A stretch of 63,945 bases of DNA, filler included, from Olpidium bornovanus S191 (GCA_017911155.1; 30 parts of 30 records of this genome joined end to end with filler, not necessarily neighbours in it), one strand, 5' to 3'. Shown: positions 1 through 14,633, counted from the whole stretch's first letter. The notes: generated by a model from the sequence alone, not told the origin. Made by a program: numbers and translations.

Positions 1-539
1 AGGAACTTGAACGTTGCCGACGGGCTGCGTTTTCCCCCGCCCCATTCAGACTTTTCCCTTGCAGTTCCGCAAAATATGAGGTCCACAACAGCACTGCTTC
101 TCGCGGACAGACATACCATGCTTCACTAAGCGACTGAAAAAAAAATAAGACCGAAATACCGGATCGTAAGCAAGGACTGGGAATTGGAGAAGGCCTAATT
201 AACGTCCAGCCGTTCCAATGCGCCAGGAGAACGGAGACACACCAGTGTAAGTGATAATACGGACAATACGGACATGGCAATATACAATATCTTGTAGAAT
301 TTCGAGTACATGATTCGGTTGGCTATGCCATTCAGGATTTCTCGCCGTGTCATGCCATGCTGCGTCCGGTATGTGCTGGAGCAACGGCAGAAAGGAAATC
401 ACTGATTATCCCCACGTAAGAAGTTTTGAATCAACCTCGACAAACGGCGGCCGCGTTCGGATTAACGCCTCGGGCCTTTTGCGTTGATGGACACCCACGG
501 TAGATCCTCGTTAAGAAAGGCGGCCTGGTCGTCATCCAT
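1..539 (-). CDS. Small Ion_trans / voltage-sensor-domain-like membrane protein, 3' end off the window; not captured by the ORF track
   Basis: Hand-spliced GT-AG exons 539-499, 375-243, 133-117 and 24-1 stay in phase and give MDDDQAAFLNEDLPTYRTQHGMTRREILNGIANRIMYSKFYKILYIAMSVLSVLSLTLSLSEACPSATFKFL. This resembles a conserved fungal family (MTRxExxxNxANRxxxSxxYxxLYxxMxxLS...CPxxxFxxLE). Confidence 0.7.
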
Positions 540-2282
540 CCCTTGGAAAACGTGCCAGCGAGCACTATCGGAACAATTTCAAGTCTTCCGGGAGCGTGGG
601 CACACGGTGAGGAAAAGAGAAAGAAGCCAAGTTTTAAAATTCTGCCTTCGGGAAGCCGGCCTTTGCTGCCTGGCGACGAGTCGCTTTGAACTCGCGCAGT
701 CCGAAAAACCACCGTCCGTTTAACCAGCTGTCCTCCTTTCGCCGCCGCCGTTCTCCGCCGCGGTGTCCGACACGAGCCGCCGGCCATTCGTCGTCGGGAC
801 GTTGTTCCGTGAACCCCTCTTTTCAACGGCGGTCTCGGCGCCCTAGGCTAGCGAGCGTCGCGCAAACACGGGTTCCATGGACCGTCGTGGGGCGGAAAAG
901 CAGCGGCGACCAGCAGACGGCGACCGAAGAACCGGCGCCCCGGAGAAGAAGCGCACACCTCTTTTCTCTCTCTCTCTTTCTCTAGCTTTCTCTCACTCTC
1001 GCCTCTCTCTGCTTGCCCAGGCGTCGCGCGGCGTGCGCAGGCGACGGCGTCTTCCGTTCGGCCGCGGACCGCCGCGCGGGAAGACAAGCGAGCAGGGCGG
1101 AGGGGGGAACACGAGCACCGGCGGCTTCTGGACGGCGCAGGGCTGCGCAGGTTGCAGCGGGCTGCTTCTGGACACGCAGGGCGCGGCGCGGAGGGGCGGG
1201 GCGGGGCGAGCAAGCGGCTTTCGGCCTCCGCTTGGGCGGAGCGGAGTGGGTACGAAGCGAAAGCCTCCACGCCGCCCCGGGCCGGCCGCCGCCACACGCC
1301 GCCCCTCGGATTTGCGCGACGGACCAACCGTCGCAGATATCTTCTGAAGGTGCCAAGCGGGCAGGCCCAAAAACGGCAGGGGGTCCCGTCACGCATTTAT
1401 ACGTGCCCGCCGTGCATCTCGCGCGCCAGCGGAATGCCGTAGGTGCGCGCCGCAACACGACGGAAAGATTTTGGTGGCACGCGCTGCCGTCTCAGCGACA
1501 GGGCCCGTGATGGCTCTGGCGACAGCAGGGCAGTGCTGGGCCAGACTGCCGTGACAGCGGGCGAACGAGAGGCAAGTGTGATTACAGCCGAATTGCGGGC
1601 GGCAACCCCGACCACGTCTGCCGCCGGCGAAGAAAGACCTGTACAGGAGGACGAGGCCATTGAAAGTTGCGACAAAGGTGGAGAGACTGCAATCTGCGGA
1701 AAAAAAACAAAAACCCGTTTAGGCGGAGTTCTTCTCTGCGACATTCTCCGGCTGGATGTAGTGAAAGTCGAAGGTGGCTGACCATATGTCAAAAAAAAAT
1801 TGCGAAAGAATTGCGTGTCTAGCTGGTCTCGGGGCCGTGCAGCATGGGGTCGGGTGTTGGTTGAGTTGACTCAACTTGAATCAAGCCCATACTGTATCAG
1901 GTCTTGTCAGGTCTTTGGCAGATTTTTCCTGGGAAGTGGTTAAGGCAAGGGCCGATTCCTAAAGGGCCAGTGTATTGTTTCTGTGCATAAGTAGTAACAT
2001 CTGTATCTTAAGCATGACTCTACGCCGGTTTCATAAGCGCCACCAGCTTCAGACCATGTCGGCATTCCGTGTTGCAGCAGAGGCGTGAAGCAGAGCACAC
2101 TGACTCCCGATGTCGAGTTCGGTTTTATTCCTCTGTGTCACACCCGTGGCCCTCAAGCTATCGGCATAGCCAAATATAACGTAGTCAGGCAGGGACCAGC
2201 AGCTCCGCGGAGCAAAAATACCCCGCAATTAAAAAAAAATCATCCCCCCCCCCTCCCCCACGGATTCGTCAAGAAATGACGG

Positions 2283-4698
2283 TTAGGTTGCTCTAAAAAC
2301 GTTGGCAAGGATCGTCCTGAACCCTCCAAACTCCCGCTCTCCGACGTGCCGCGGGAGCAGGAACTGCAGCGTGCGCATGCCGCCTGCGGCACCGCTGTTA
2401 GACGACGAAAAGAACTCCGAGTTCGACAAGCCCGATTCCGTCGAGTGGGAGCGTTTGGCGCTGCGGGACGTCTCCATCATCAGGCCCTTGACGCATTTGA
2501 GGATCAGCTCCGCACGGCGATAAAGCAACTGGGAGCTGTCGGGCGTAGAGGACGACGAAGAAGACGGCGCCGGGGAGGACGAGGACAAAGGGAAGGACTG
2601 CCGGAAAGGATCTGGCGCGGATTCCGGAAGCAAAAGCAGTGGCACTGACAAGCTTGTCACGTCCAGCCGGTTGGCGAGCCGCATCACGTTGCGCAGGCCG
2701 GAGAAGACCGGCGAGCGCACGTTTATCTCGTACTTTGGAGAGACTTCGGAAGTCGTGTCAGTAATGTCGAATAGCGGCATAATTCCGCAAATGCAGATGC
2801 CGCCTAATGCAACATCAGAAACAAAATCAGGTACGAACTTTCCTCGTCCACAACAAGATGGAATATTAAGTGAATCAACCGTAGATTTGAGTGCTGCGTG
2901 ACAAAGAAATCGCCTGGACGCAATTCCGTCAATTATCCGAACTAGCGTGAAGATACGAGTTGCGATTTAACATTTCGGCACTGTGTTATGATACCCACCC
3001 TCCCGCAGCACGTCGCCCATATCTTGGTTCGTGCTGGCAAGCTGAACGCGGACTGCGTCCAGCTGCTCCCTGACGCTCTCGAAATGAAATTCCGTTGTCG
3101 CGCGACAGCGTTCGAAGAACGCTGCGGGCATTCGGGTATGTGAAAACGAACGTCAGTTCTCCGAAAAGGGCGCAAAAACTGCCAGAGATACTGAGAAAAC
3201 GGACGACAGCGTGCCTTTGTGGCATTTTCCAGTGTAATATTGGGGCCAGTCTTTCGGTGTAATGAGGAGCACGACCGCCGTCAGGCTCTCCGAATAAAGA
3301 GTTGACGCTGTTTGTGCACGAAACGCTGTATCCCGCGCTGGGTCCCGGCAAGCAGCGAAGAGGTCCTGAACATCTGTGGCCAGCAGCCGTAGGTTGTGCG
3401 TTACACGCACATGGCTACCTAGGGAGACAGTGAAGCTTTCGATAAACCGCGCTTCGGCGTCTTCCTGGACGGGAACCTGCTTTTCTGCCACACGTGTCAG
3501 TATATGGCCCATAAGTGGCAGTCCTACAGGACGTCGCATAGCGTTTGTCACCCTAGGTCCTTCGTCCAGTCCCAAATTCTCCATCGCCTTGCCCAGCCAC
3601 GTGCTGACCCTCTTCATCGGCGAAGTCGTGTTAGGGGGATTCAGGCCGCCGCCGCGTTGCTGCTGCAGAAATGACCAAGGCTTCTTCGCTGAAGCCGTTT
3701 GCGATATCTGCCGCGAGACCATCCTGAGACCGTCCTGGAAGCTGCTCGATCGGGAGAGGGGTCGCGCGTTGTTTGAAGACGTCGGCGTCCGCTCTCGCGC
3801 CTGCGTAGATTCAGCCGCCGACGCCGCCGCAAGAGCAGACTTATCAGCCTTAAGCTTCGCTTCGACTCTGCCTGGGTTTTCGAGAAGAAGGACAATGGCC
3901 TCTTGCTGGAAGATGCCACAAATAAATTTTACCGACGACGGGGGCAACGGCACTGATTATATATTGGCCCACCATTTTGTTGCCTGTCAATTCTAACGCA
4001 CAGGATGCGTGCTCTAAGTCGAATCCCATCTCGGCTACCTCTTTGATCATTTTCGCATTCGCCGAATCGACCTTCGTAATTTAAAAAACACGTGTAAATT
4101 GGCAATGCGGACGACATCCGAACGTCAGGCAAGGGTGTAGTGCCTACCGGTGTGAATAACTTCGAATCCGTCGGTGACTCACTGCGTGGAGTCGGGGGTG
4201 CAGCATCCGATACAGGGGGCGGCGCCTCAACGTTGGCATTCTCCGCGTCACCGGCTGCAACACCAAGCATCTCGGTGGACGGGCTGCGGTTCAGCGTCCG
4301 CATCTTATGCAACACCCTGTTGACCATATCCGGAACGCTAGGTATGGCGTTTCTGCCCCCCTCCCCCGCCCCCGCAACTCCCTCGGACCGGTGCAGCCGG
4401 TACTCGGCGTATAGTTTTAACACGAAATCTCTGTATTCTTGTTTTTGCGATTTGCAAGTACCCGCTAGCGCGGATTCCCATGTCGCTTCCGCCATTTCTG
4501 TTTCCTTGGGAAGGTACCGGCGTTAGACAGTTGTAAGTCAGACTTCAGGTGACGAGAAATTCTTCCAAATTTCCAATCCATGCAAACTTAAAACAGGGGA
4601 CTTTTGGAAATGCCCTGCACCGCGAACGACGTACCTCTCTTTGTCGCGCAAGCACATTCGCATCAATATCCACTGCCGACTCGGCCTCTCGTCGATGC
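2283..4698 (-). CDS. FERRY3: C12orf4 / FERRY3 (DUF2362) homolog, multi-exon, 5'-partial
   Basis: Collinear motifs match recalled human C12orf4: IDANVLARQRE, KQEYRDFVLKL, IESFTVSLGSHVRVTHNLRLL, AQTASTLYSESLTAVVLLI, GDFFVTQHSNLRLIHLIFHLVVDE (exon ~2830-2915), GLRNVMRL..DVTSLSVPLLL, RRAELILKCVKGLMME, RTLQFLLP, VFRAT*. Confidence 0.9.
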
Positions 4699-4798
4699 NN
4701 NNNNNNNNNNNNNNNNNNNNNNNNNNNNNNNNNNNNNNNNNNTTAATTAATTAANNNNNNNNNNNNNNNNNNNNNNNNNNNNNNNNNNNNNNNNNNNN
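4699..4798. other. Artificial 100-bp contig spacer (first of 29)
   Basis: N44-TTAATTAATTAA-N44 (stops in all frames). The others start at 6045, 8612, 10232, 13313, 14420, 16497, 17862, 20656, 22676, 24700, 28112, 29800, 31443, 34393, 36105, 37205, 38596, 40420, 41737, 42930, 44618, 51384, 53265, 54405, 56250, 57701, 60013 and 62655. Confidence 0.99.
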
Positions 4799-4819
4799 CC
4801 CCCGCGGAATAAAAAAAAG

Positions 4820-6044
4820 CAATCGCCGTGCAAAGTGTGCCTGACGCCCATGCGCGTGGGTGACGTAGTGCGCAAAGTCCCGTGTCGACATTCGTTTCAC
4901 CAGGTTTGGGAGGGGCGGGTGTCGGGGATTTTTTTTTTTTCCCTGCCCTACATACCCCGCGCGCAACCGAGCGGGAGATTCCTGACCGTTTTTGACATTG
5001 GGTGGGTGGGTACGTCACGGCAGGCCTGCATCGACAGGTGGCTGCTTCGGTCCCGCTGCACGTGCCCCGCGTGCGGGTTCGAAGTATACTCGCGGTTCCA
5101 GCAGGACGGGACGCCCGCCGGCCCCGATTCCGGCGTCATCCGTGAGCGGCCGAGGGCGGGTTTGCCGTTTCCCCCGCGTCGACCGAAGCTTCTCCCGTTG
5201 AACGCGCAGCGCCCGCGCGCGCACACGAAAAAAAAAAAATAAAAAAAAAATAAAAAATAAAGACCAACACCCGTTTTCGTCCTCACCGACAGTGGAATCC
5301 AAAAGCTACCGCGTGAACGCGCCGCCGCACGACGGCGGCGCCGCGGCGGCGGCAACCCGAGCGGGGCGCGAGGCGAAGAAGCAGAAGAAGAAAGCCGCCG
5401 CGGCGGGCTCGGCGGCCGGCGGCCAAAACCTGTCGTCGCTGATCGTCACCCAGGCGGCGGCGGGGGGGTCGAAACGGCCGCCGCCGCCGTCCGGCCCGCA
5501 GGCGGCGCGCGGCGGCCGGCCGAGACCCCGCTGCCGGCGGGGGCCGAGGCTGCCGCCCCTGGGGCGGGCCGGGGCGTCGGCTCCCGCGGGCCGGGAGCCG
5601 GACGGGACGCTCGCGGCAGCGCAGCTCCGGCTGATGGGACTGGCGCTGGGCGCCGAGGAAACGGCGGCGGCGGCTGCGCCCGCGGCGGGCGTCTCGCGGT
5701 CGGGCCGTGAGTTCGACAGGAGGAAGGGCGACGGCGGCGCGAGATTCGCGCTGCCCCTCCTCCTTCCCGGCGCGGCGGCTCCCGCGTCGGGTCCGGGCCT
5801 TCCCCTGTCCGTCGGACCGGGCGCGGGCTCTCGACCCTGGCCCGGGCGCGCCGCCGATCCCGGCCGCGCGAAGACGGCGAGGGGGACCTGCTACCTCCGG
5901 CTGCTCCGAGAAAGGACCAGCGTGGCCGCCGAGAGGCGGATGCTCGCGGACGCGACGAGGGCGGCGGAGGCGGCGGCGGCCGCGGACGTCGGCGCCGCCG
6001 CGAGGGCCCGCATCTCTCCCGCGGCCGGCCCGATGGGGGCGGGG
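4820..6044 (+). CDS. RING-H2 finger protein (putative E3 ligase), partial
   Basis: CKVCLTPMRVGDVVRKVPCRHSFHQ, GT-AG intron 4904-5023, then ACIDRWLLRSRCTCPACG gives the C3H2C3 pattern. The downstream Ala/Gly-rich exon(s) are less certain. Confidence 0.8.
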
Positions 6045-7576
6045 NNNNNNNNNNNNNNNNNNNNNNNNNNNNNNNNNNNNNNNNNNNNTTAATTAATTAA
6101 NNNNNNNNNNNNNNNNNNNNNNNNNNNNNNNNNNNNNNNNNNNNCATGTTGCTGGGATTTTGCGGTCGGATTGGCGCTCAATAAGAACTTGGCTGCCATA
6201 TCGGCATTACTTAGCGACACCCGGGTTCCTGGGGATCCTTGCTCTAAATTGGCACCCAGAGACGCGCCGCAACGTACAAGTGTATAGATGCTTCAGCAGC
6301 TAATGCTGATATGAGCACAAGAAACGCATCCACGTACATTCTTGCCAACACGGTTGTTAAATGCTGATGCAGATCGCCGCGGACGAGTTAACTGTTTGTG
6401 AACAAGCAACGCCAAACGCAGCATCCAGCGCGACGTCCTGACGCGAAGCTGCGACGACGTGGTGGGATAGCGGCTTTCCCGGAGGATATGAGCCCGCGAG
6501 AAACTACTAACATGAAGCGGCTTCGAGGTATGGCAAAGGGCGAAAGGCGGACCCGGCGAAAACTCGCTCGTGTGACACTGAACCAAGCAAAATCAGCTCG
6601 TGCAAAACTGCGACAAGATGCCGATTTTCGATACTGTTTGGCAGAGGGGTCAAGAGCCTAGTATCCGCCGAACTAAGACGGTTGTCAGCCTCATCTTGTG
6701 TCGGCTTAACAAGTGCATTTGAACTAAAACATCGGAAGTTGCGGTGTCTTGGCCCCGAGTTCAGCTCCTGGTTCGACGGGTGATGTGTGTGGAAGAACAG
6801 GATAATGGTGAGAAGTGCTGTGCCCGGTAAGAACAATGCTTTCACTTCTCCAGCAGTCGATACATAGTTCACGCCAACGGCGAATGGGGAAGCTGCCAAT
6901 CTGAGCCTCGTGTTTATTCAAATCAAGTTTTGGAGTAGGCGGACGTAGGAAAATAAGGGTTAGGTCGCCCCTCGCACTTATCTCTCAACACTCTGACGGC
7001 GCTGTTTCCCGCTCACTTGCACGCGACCTACAAAGGACGACGATTGGCAATGGAAGCACGGTAAAGGGAACACCCTCCGTCCTCCCGTCGTCCCCGTCCG
7101 CCGTCCGCTGCCGCAGTCCAGGGCGTGCGTCATCCGCCACTCCGCCATGCCGCAGTGCTACAGAACCCCGACATCCTCCCCACACCCCCCCACCTTCCCC
7201 CGCTTTCGTTACACACCGCAGAACCCACCAAGCCTGCATGTGGCCGGTGCTTCTGGCGGAAAACGAAAGAAAGCGGAAGGGCTTGGCGACGGTGGGCGTA
7301 TCGAGGGTTACCGATCAGTTTTGCTTGCGGGGGAGGGCATGCTTGGAGTCGGCCGGCCGTACGTCCAAACAAAAAAGAAAACGCGACCCTCTGAGTGCGG
7401 GGCGGCTTCCGGGACCAGCGCGCGAAACGCCCGGGGCGATGCAGCCGCGCACGCCCTCGCGGTCGCGAAGCCGCCCGCCAGAGGGGCCCCCGCTCGCTCT
7501 TCTTCCACGCAACATGACGCCACAACACCCGGCTGAACGCGGCCCGCTTTTGAGTCCTGAAACCCGAAGAAAACCG

Positions 7577-7657
7577 CGCGTTCGGGGTTACCCTCGCCCA
7601 CGCGGCACGCGGACCCCGACGCGTTCGGGGTTACCCTCGCCCACGCAGCACGCGGAC
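7577..7657. repeat. Two-copy direct repeat, 43-bp period
   Basis: cgcgttcggggttaccctcgcccacgc(g/a)gcacgcggac at 7577 and 7620. Confidence 0.9.
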
Positions 7658-8711
7658 TCCCTGCGGTCTTCCAAGAGGAAGTCGCGTCAAGAGTAACAAC
7701 GGACTCTCTCGGACCAGGACAAGGCGGCTTCTCGTTCGAGAACGCCCTCCGTTATGATCCGGCCAGCAAAAACCGGGAACCTCTGCAAGGCTTTGGGGGC
7801 GGTGGGGGTGGGGCGCTTTCCCCGCCTTCTCGCTGGCTAACCTGTGCCCGAATTACGTCGCGGAACGCATCTAACGGTTCGCCGTCTGCATGATGCAAGG
7901 GTGGGCGTTTGAGCCGCCGAGTGCGCGAGGATCCTAATCGGCGTGCGGAAAAAATTGAGATCTTCCATCACCTCTCCGTCGCTACGGGGCTTTTCTTCTG
8001 TTTCGTAACCGTCTGCCTTGTGCATATGGTCCTCGGATCTACATAAGCGACCGGCAAAAACCTTATCCGGGGACCCCTCGAATTTGGCGTCAATTCGGCC
8101 TGTAACGTCGGTGTTACGGCCGCCCGGTTAGTGTATTTCTGCGGCAGCACGATCATCATTTTGGCAGTTTCCTATTAACTGCAGAGTGAATTATGGTTTT
8201 TGTGGTCACGTTCTTAGGAGTTAGCGGCGCCTTAAGGTGAGGCCGAACGATGAACTTCTGCGTGCCCAAAACGTTCGTCATGGATTGTTGAACTCGTCGC
8301 TGTTTGCGAAATCCCACAGTTTCGCAATCAGCCCCGGCCGTTTCTTCCGGCTGCCATTTGAACTATATCCGCTTTATATGAAGATGAAATCCGTTGGGGC
8401 AATTCTCAACAGAATACTCACCGCAATCATTCCGGTCTTCCCTAGCATACACGGCAGTGAATGTGAGCGGGGCCGCTATTTCAGCTTAAACATGTGCCAA
8501 AGTAATGACGCCGGATTTTAGCACAATTTTGTCAAACAATTCTAACTCACGCTTTTGCTCTCTCGGATTTTGCATCAGCGACCAACGTCCTTTTCATTTT
8601 GTTCACGAAACNNNNNNNNNNNNNNNNNNNNNNNNNNNNNNNNNNNNNNNNNNNNTTAATTAATTAANNNNNNNNNNNNNNNNNNNNNNNNNNNNNNNNN
8701 NNNNNNNNNNN

Positions 8712-9529
8712 AAGAGTGGCGTAAGCTTGAACAGATTTGTGAGCTTCTCCAGCCCATTCAGGAAGCCACCGAGGCAATTTGTGGTCAGAAATATGCAACA
8801 GCTTCTCTGGTGCTGCCTACGTTTACGTTTCTCATTTTGGAACTTTCTCAGGTAAGCACAAGGCCTGACCGCAATCATTTTAGCACATCACGTAACGTTT
8901 AAAAACGATTTAACTCAACTTGTGATTTTTGTAGATCCAAGGCCGCTACGATGCCGGCAATTGAAACCAGTTTCAGCTCCAACAGGCTCAAATCCCGTTT
9001 ATTCAAGCAGCATGCCCAGCCCATGACAAGTGTTGAAGCTGAGATCAACTCGCACACACTCATGGATCAGGCCGACGGTGATCTGGATATCCTTGCGTTT
9101 TGGAAATCGCACAGCTCTAAGTTTCCGACATTGGCCAAAATGGCCAAACATGTTCATGCAATCCCGGCAACCAGTGCCCCTTCTGAACTGGTCTTCTCTT
9201 CTGGTTGCAGAGTTCTGAGATGGGATCGTACCCGCATGAGTCCCGAGACACTTGAGATGCTTGTCTTGATGAAGAATTGGTATAAAGAATTCGGTGTTGT
9301 GCAGCAAAAGCAAGATTAGTCGTAGGCATGTACTAAAGAAGAAAAGCAAATTACGAATAAATATCAGCAGAAGTAAAATTCAATAGATCTACCCGCCGGG
9401 TATGGGTACGGGTACCGGTACCGGTTTCGCTGAAGCTGCTCGGGTACGGGTACGGGTTCTTCAAACCGCCACGGGTACGGGTTCGGGTTTAGGCAAAACC
9501 CGTACCCGACCCCGCGGGTAGGAACCCTA
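8712..9529 (+). mobile_element. hAT DNA transposon 3' half: transposase C-terminus, subterminal repeats and right terminus
   Basis: EWRKLEQICELLQPIQEATEAICGQKYATASLVLP, intron 8851-8934, then dimerisation domain FWKSHSSKFPTLAKMAKHVHAIPATSAPSELVFS...MSPETLEMLVLMKNW (stop 9319). CGGGTA-type repeat array at ~9395-9520. Ends GGGTAGGAACCCTA, a TAGGG-type TIR. Confidence 0.9.
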
Positions 9530-9909
9530 GTGAAGTGGGCCGGAAGCGCGGCCGCGGACATCGCCTGCTCGGGCAACGCCTGCGAGAACCAGCCAGAGCC
9601 CCCCGCTGCACGCCTCCGCCCCCTCCTCCTTCTCCTCCGCCGCCGCCGCCGCCGCCGCCACCTCCGCGTCCCCTCCTTCGTCGCCCGCGTGGCCGCGCTG
9701 CCCGTCGTCGCCGAGGCGTGATCGGCGCGGTCGCTTCGCTCGCCGAGAGGAGCAGGCACGTCCGCAGGACCGTCGAGATCACGTCCGGCGCGGTATCCGC
9801 GGCCGTTTCCGCAGTCAGCAAATACGCCGAACCCTACCAGCAACGCCTCGCGCCACACCTCACGCGGGCCGACGACGCCGCTCATATGGTGCTCGACCTC
9901 GTCGAGAAG
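9530..9909 (+). CDS. Perilipin-like (PAT domain) lipid-droplet protein exon, with an apparent 1-nt frameshift and no ATG
   Basis: SFVARVAALPVVAE, frame change at ~9715, then VIGAVASLAERSRHVRRTVEITSGAVSAAVSAVSKYAEPYQQRLAPHLTRADDAAHMVLDLVEK and donor GTGAGC at 9910. Resembles the perilipin N-terminus (SVVxRVxxLPLV...LEPQIxxAxxYAxxGLDxxE). Confidence 0.6.
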
Positions 9910-10331
9910 GTGAGCCGACGAAAAAGAGGACCCCCCCGCCGAACCCGCGTTCCCCGGGTGGGGCGGGCCTTCCGGGCACGGAGTTTTTGGGAAGAGAGGG
10001 GAGGAGAGAGGTGGGGAGAAGAAGGAGAGAACGAGGTACGGCGGGAGGCAGTGTGGGGTATTTATTGGTGGGGAGGAGGGGAAAGGGATTACGGTGCGGG
10101 CACGGAGTTCGCGACTCCTCTACCCCAAGTGGCCCAGGCTCACGTGCCAAAGGTCGTAGTCTGGCCTCGATTCAACAATGACAGATGGAGGTTTCCGTGT
10201 TCTCGCATTTCCTGACTGGCGAGCGCCCATGNNNNNNNNNNNNNNNNNNNNNNNNNNNNNNNNNNNNNNNNNNNNTTAATTAATTAANNNNNNNNNNNNN
10301 NNNNNNNNNNNNNNNNNNNNNNNNNNNNNNN

Positions 10332-11059
<728 letters not shown>

Positions 11060-11535
11060 CGGACTGAGGAGCCTGCCCGAACGCAGAACACACAACCGAA
11101 CCCGCTCGCGCGCCGCCCATCTCGCTGTTGCTGCCCATCTCGCTAAGTTGCTGCCTTACCCACCCCTTGACTGGCCAAATTTGAACGTCAAATACACGGC
11201 TCGAAGTTGCGTGTGGGGTGGTGGAGGTGCGGGCGTCGTACCCCCCCCCCCTCCTCCCTTCCGGCGCTTTTTGCCCGGCGCCCAGTTCGTGTAGCGGGTT
11301 CGGTTTTCTAGGCAACGAGGGGAAGGTGAGGGAGGGAGGGGAAGGGCGGAAGCGCGGGAAGCGCCGCTTTCGGCGGCGGCGCTTTCAGCAAACTTTTTTT
11401 TTTTATTTCCGGCCGACGAGTCCGCCTCGCGCGATTGGCAAGAGGAGTGTCGCGCGGGTGGGGGGGAAATGTGAGGGGTGACGGGAGGTGTGACGTGCGT
11501 GGTTCAATAAAAATAAAAAGAAAAATAAAAAACAG

Positions 11536-11577
<42 letters not shown>

Positions 11578-11633
11578 GAAAGAGAGAGAGAAGAAAATAT
11601 TTTCCTTTTTTTCTAAAAAAGTATCCGTAGCCT

Positions 11634-13312
<1,679 letters not shown>

Positions 13313-13412
13313 NNNNNNNNNNNNNNNNNNNNNNNNNNNNNNNNNNNNNNNNNNNNTTAATTAATTAANNNNNNNNNNNNNNNNNNNNNNNNNNNNNNNN
13401 NNNNNNNNNNNN

Positions 13413-13690
13413 CCGTGAGTAAATGATCATATCATCAAGGTAAACGAGGCAACACTGCCAACGAAGACCACCAAGGACGCTGGTCATAAAACGTTGAAAC
13501 GCGGCAGGGGCGTTTTTCAAACCGAAAGGCATGCAGGTATACTTGAACGGGCCTTCGTGACAGATGAAAGCGGTCTTTCGCGAGCGGACGGCGCGATCCG
13601 GACCTGCCAATAACCGGCAGCAAGATCGATCGTCGAGAAGTACTCGGCGATAGCAAGAGCATCGAGTGTATTGTCAATGCGTGGTGTCGG
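13413..13690 (-). mobile_element. Degenerate Ty3/gypsy reverse transcriptase fragment
   Basis: PRIDNTLDALAIAEYFSTIDLAAGYWQV, frameshift, then KTAFICHEGPFKYTCMPFGLKNAPAAFQRFMTSVLGGLRWQCCLVYLDDMIIYS. Confidence 0.92.
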
Positions 13691-14633
13691 GCAATTTCTT
13701 GCACGGTGTCGGGCGATTCTGTGCTCGACGAGAGTTTTGCAGGACTGCCTAGAGGATAGCCCGTGGCTCTACTGCTGCAAGGCGGTAAAAGCTTTTCTCG
13801 CTGTTGGGTGCGTGCCCCGCTCACCGGTCGTCGAAGAAGTCCTCAATCGTACGGCCCTCGACGCCGGAGTTTATGGGCCCGAGGAGCGCGCCAACCCTCC
13901 ACCGCAGAGGGTCACGGTCGCACGGCGTCCCGTCTCCGCATCGTTCCGCTTCAAAGGGTTCTTCGTTTTTTAGGTAGGAGCGAGTGTTCGAATTATTTTT
14001 CGGGGCGGGGTTTTGTTTACATCCGGTCAGAGGGGGTTTTTCAACGAGAGAGGGGGGGGGGGACAAAAGGGCTCAGTGCGAGCGCCCCGGCCCTCAGGGC
14101 AAAAAATTGCCCGGCAACCCGCCCCCTCGCGACATTCCCCGCTTTGTCGAGGGACATGTTGCAAACTATGAATACGCAAAAGAGGGACCATGGAGAGAAA
14201 AAAAGAAAACAAATGAAGCAACAAAACAAAAAAACAAAATCAAAAGATCAACAGTGGAGACGCAAACGTGGCCATAGCTAATCACGCGCAACACATGGCG
14301 GGAACCGTGATCTGCGATGTCGTTGCCAACGGAGTCGCCCGAGACCCCCTGCGACATGCGCTCGTCGTAGACGGTGCGGACTTCGCGCCTGTTTCAGTGC
14401 CCAACGTCTTCCGGCTCCGNNNNNNNNNNNNNNNNNNNNNNNNNNNNNNNNNNNNNNNNNNNNTTAATTAATTAANNNNNNNNNNNNNNNNNNNNNNNNN
14501 NNNNNNNNNNNNNNNNNNNGGAAGTAGGGTTGTGTGGAACTGATGATTCCAACAGCCAACATCTGGGCAATGGTGTCTATTTATACCCTTTGCTCCCAGT
14601 AACCGTTGTCCTTGGAGCCGTGGGGATAATCCA

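Noticed and set aside
848-1800. Many overlapping 100-180 aa ORFs
   Set aside because: Arg/Pro/Ala-rich products typical of stop-poor GC-rich DNA. No motif, so probably promoter/UTR or decayed repeat.
6145-6990. Possible gypsy integrase relic (KNVRGCVSC on minus) and an LTR-like end TCAACA
   Set aside because: A single short motif with no supporting core domain.
8237-8611. BED-finger-like words (LLWHMFK, HIHCRVC) on minus, next to the hAT contig
   Set aside because: They need a frameshift, lack the His pair, and adjacency across a spacer is meaningless.
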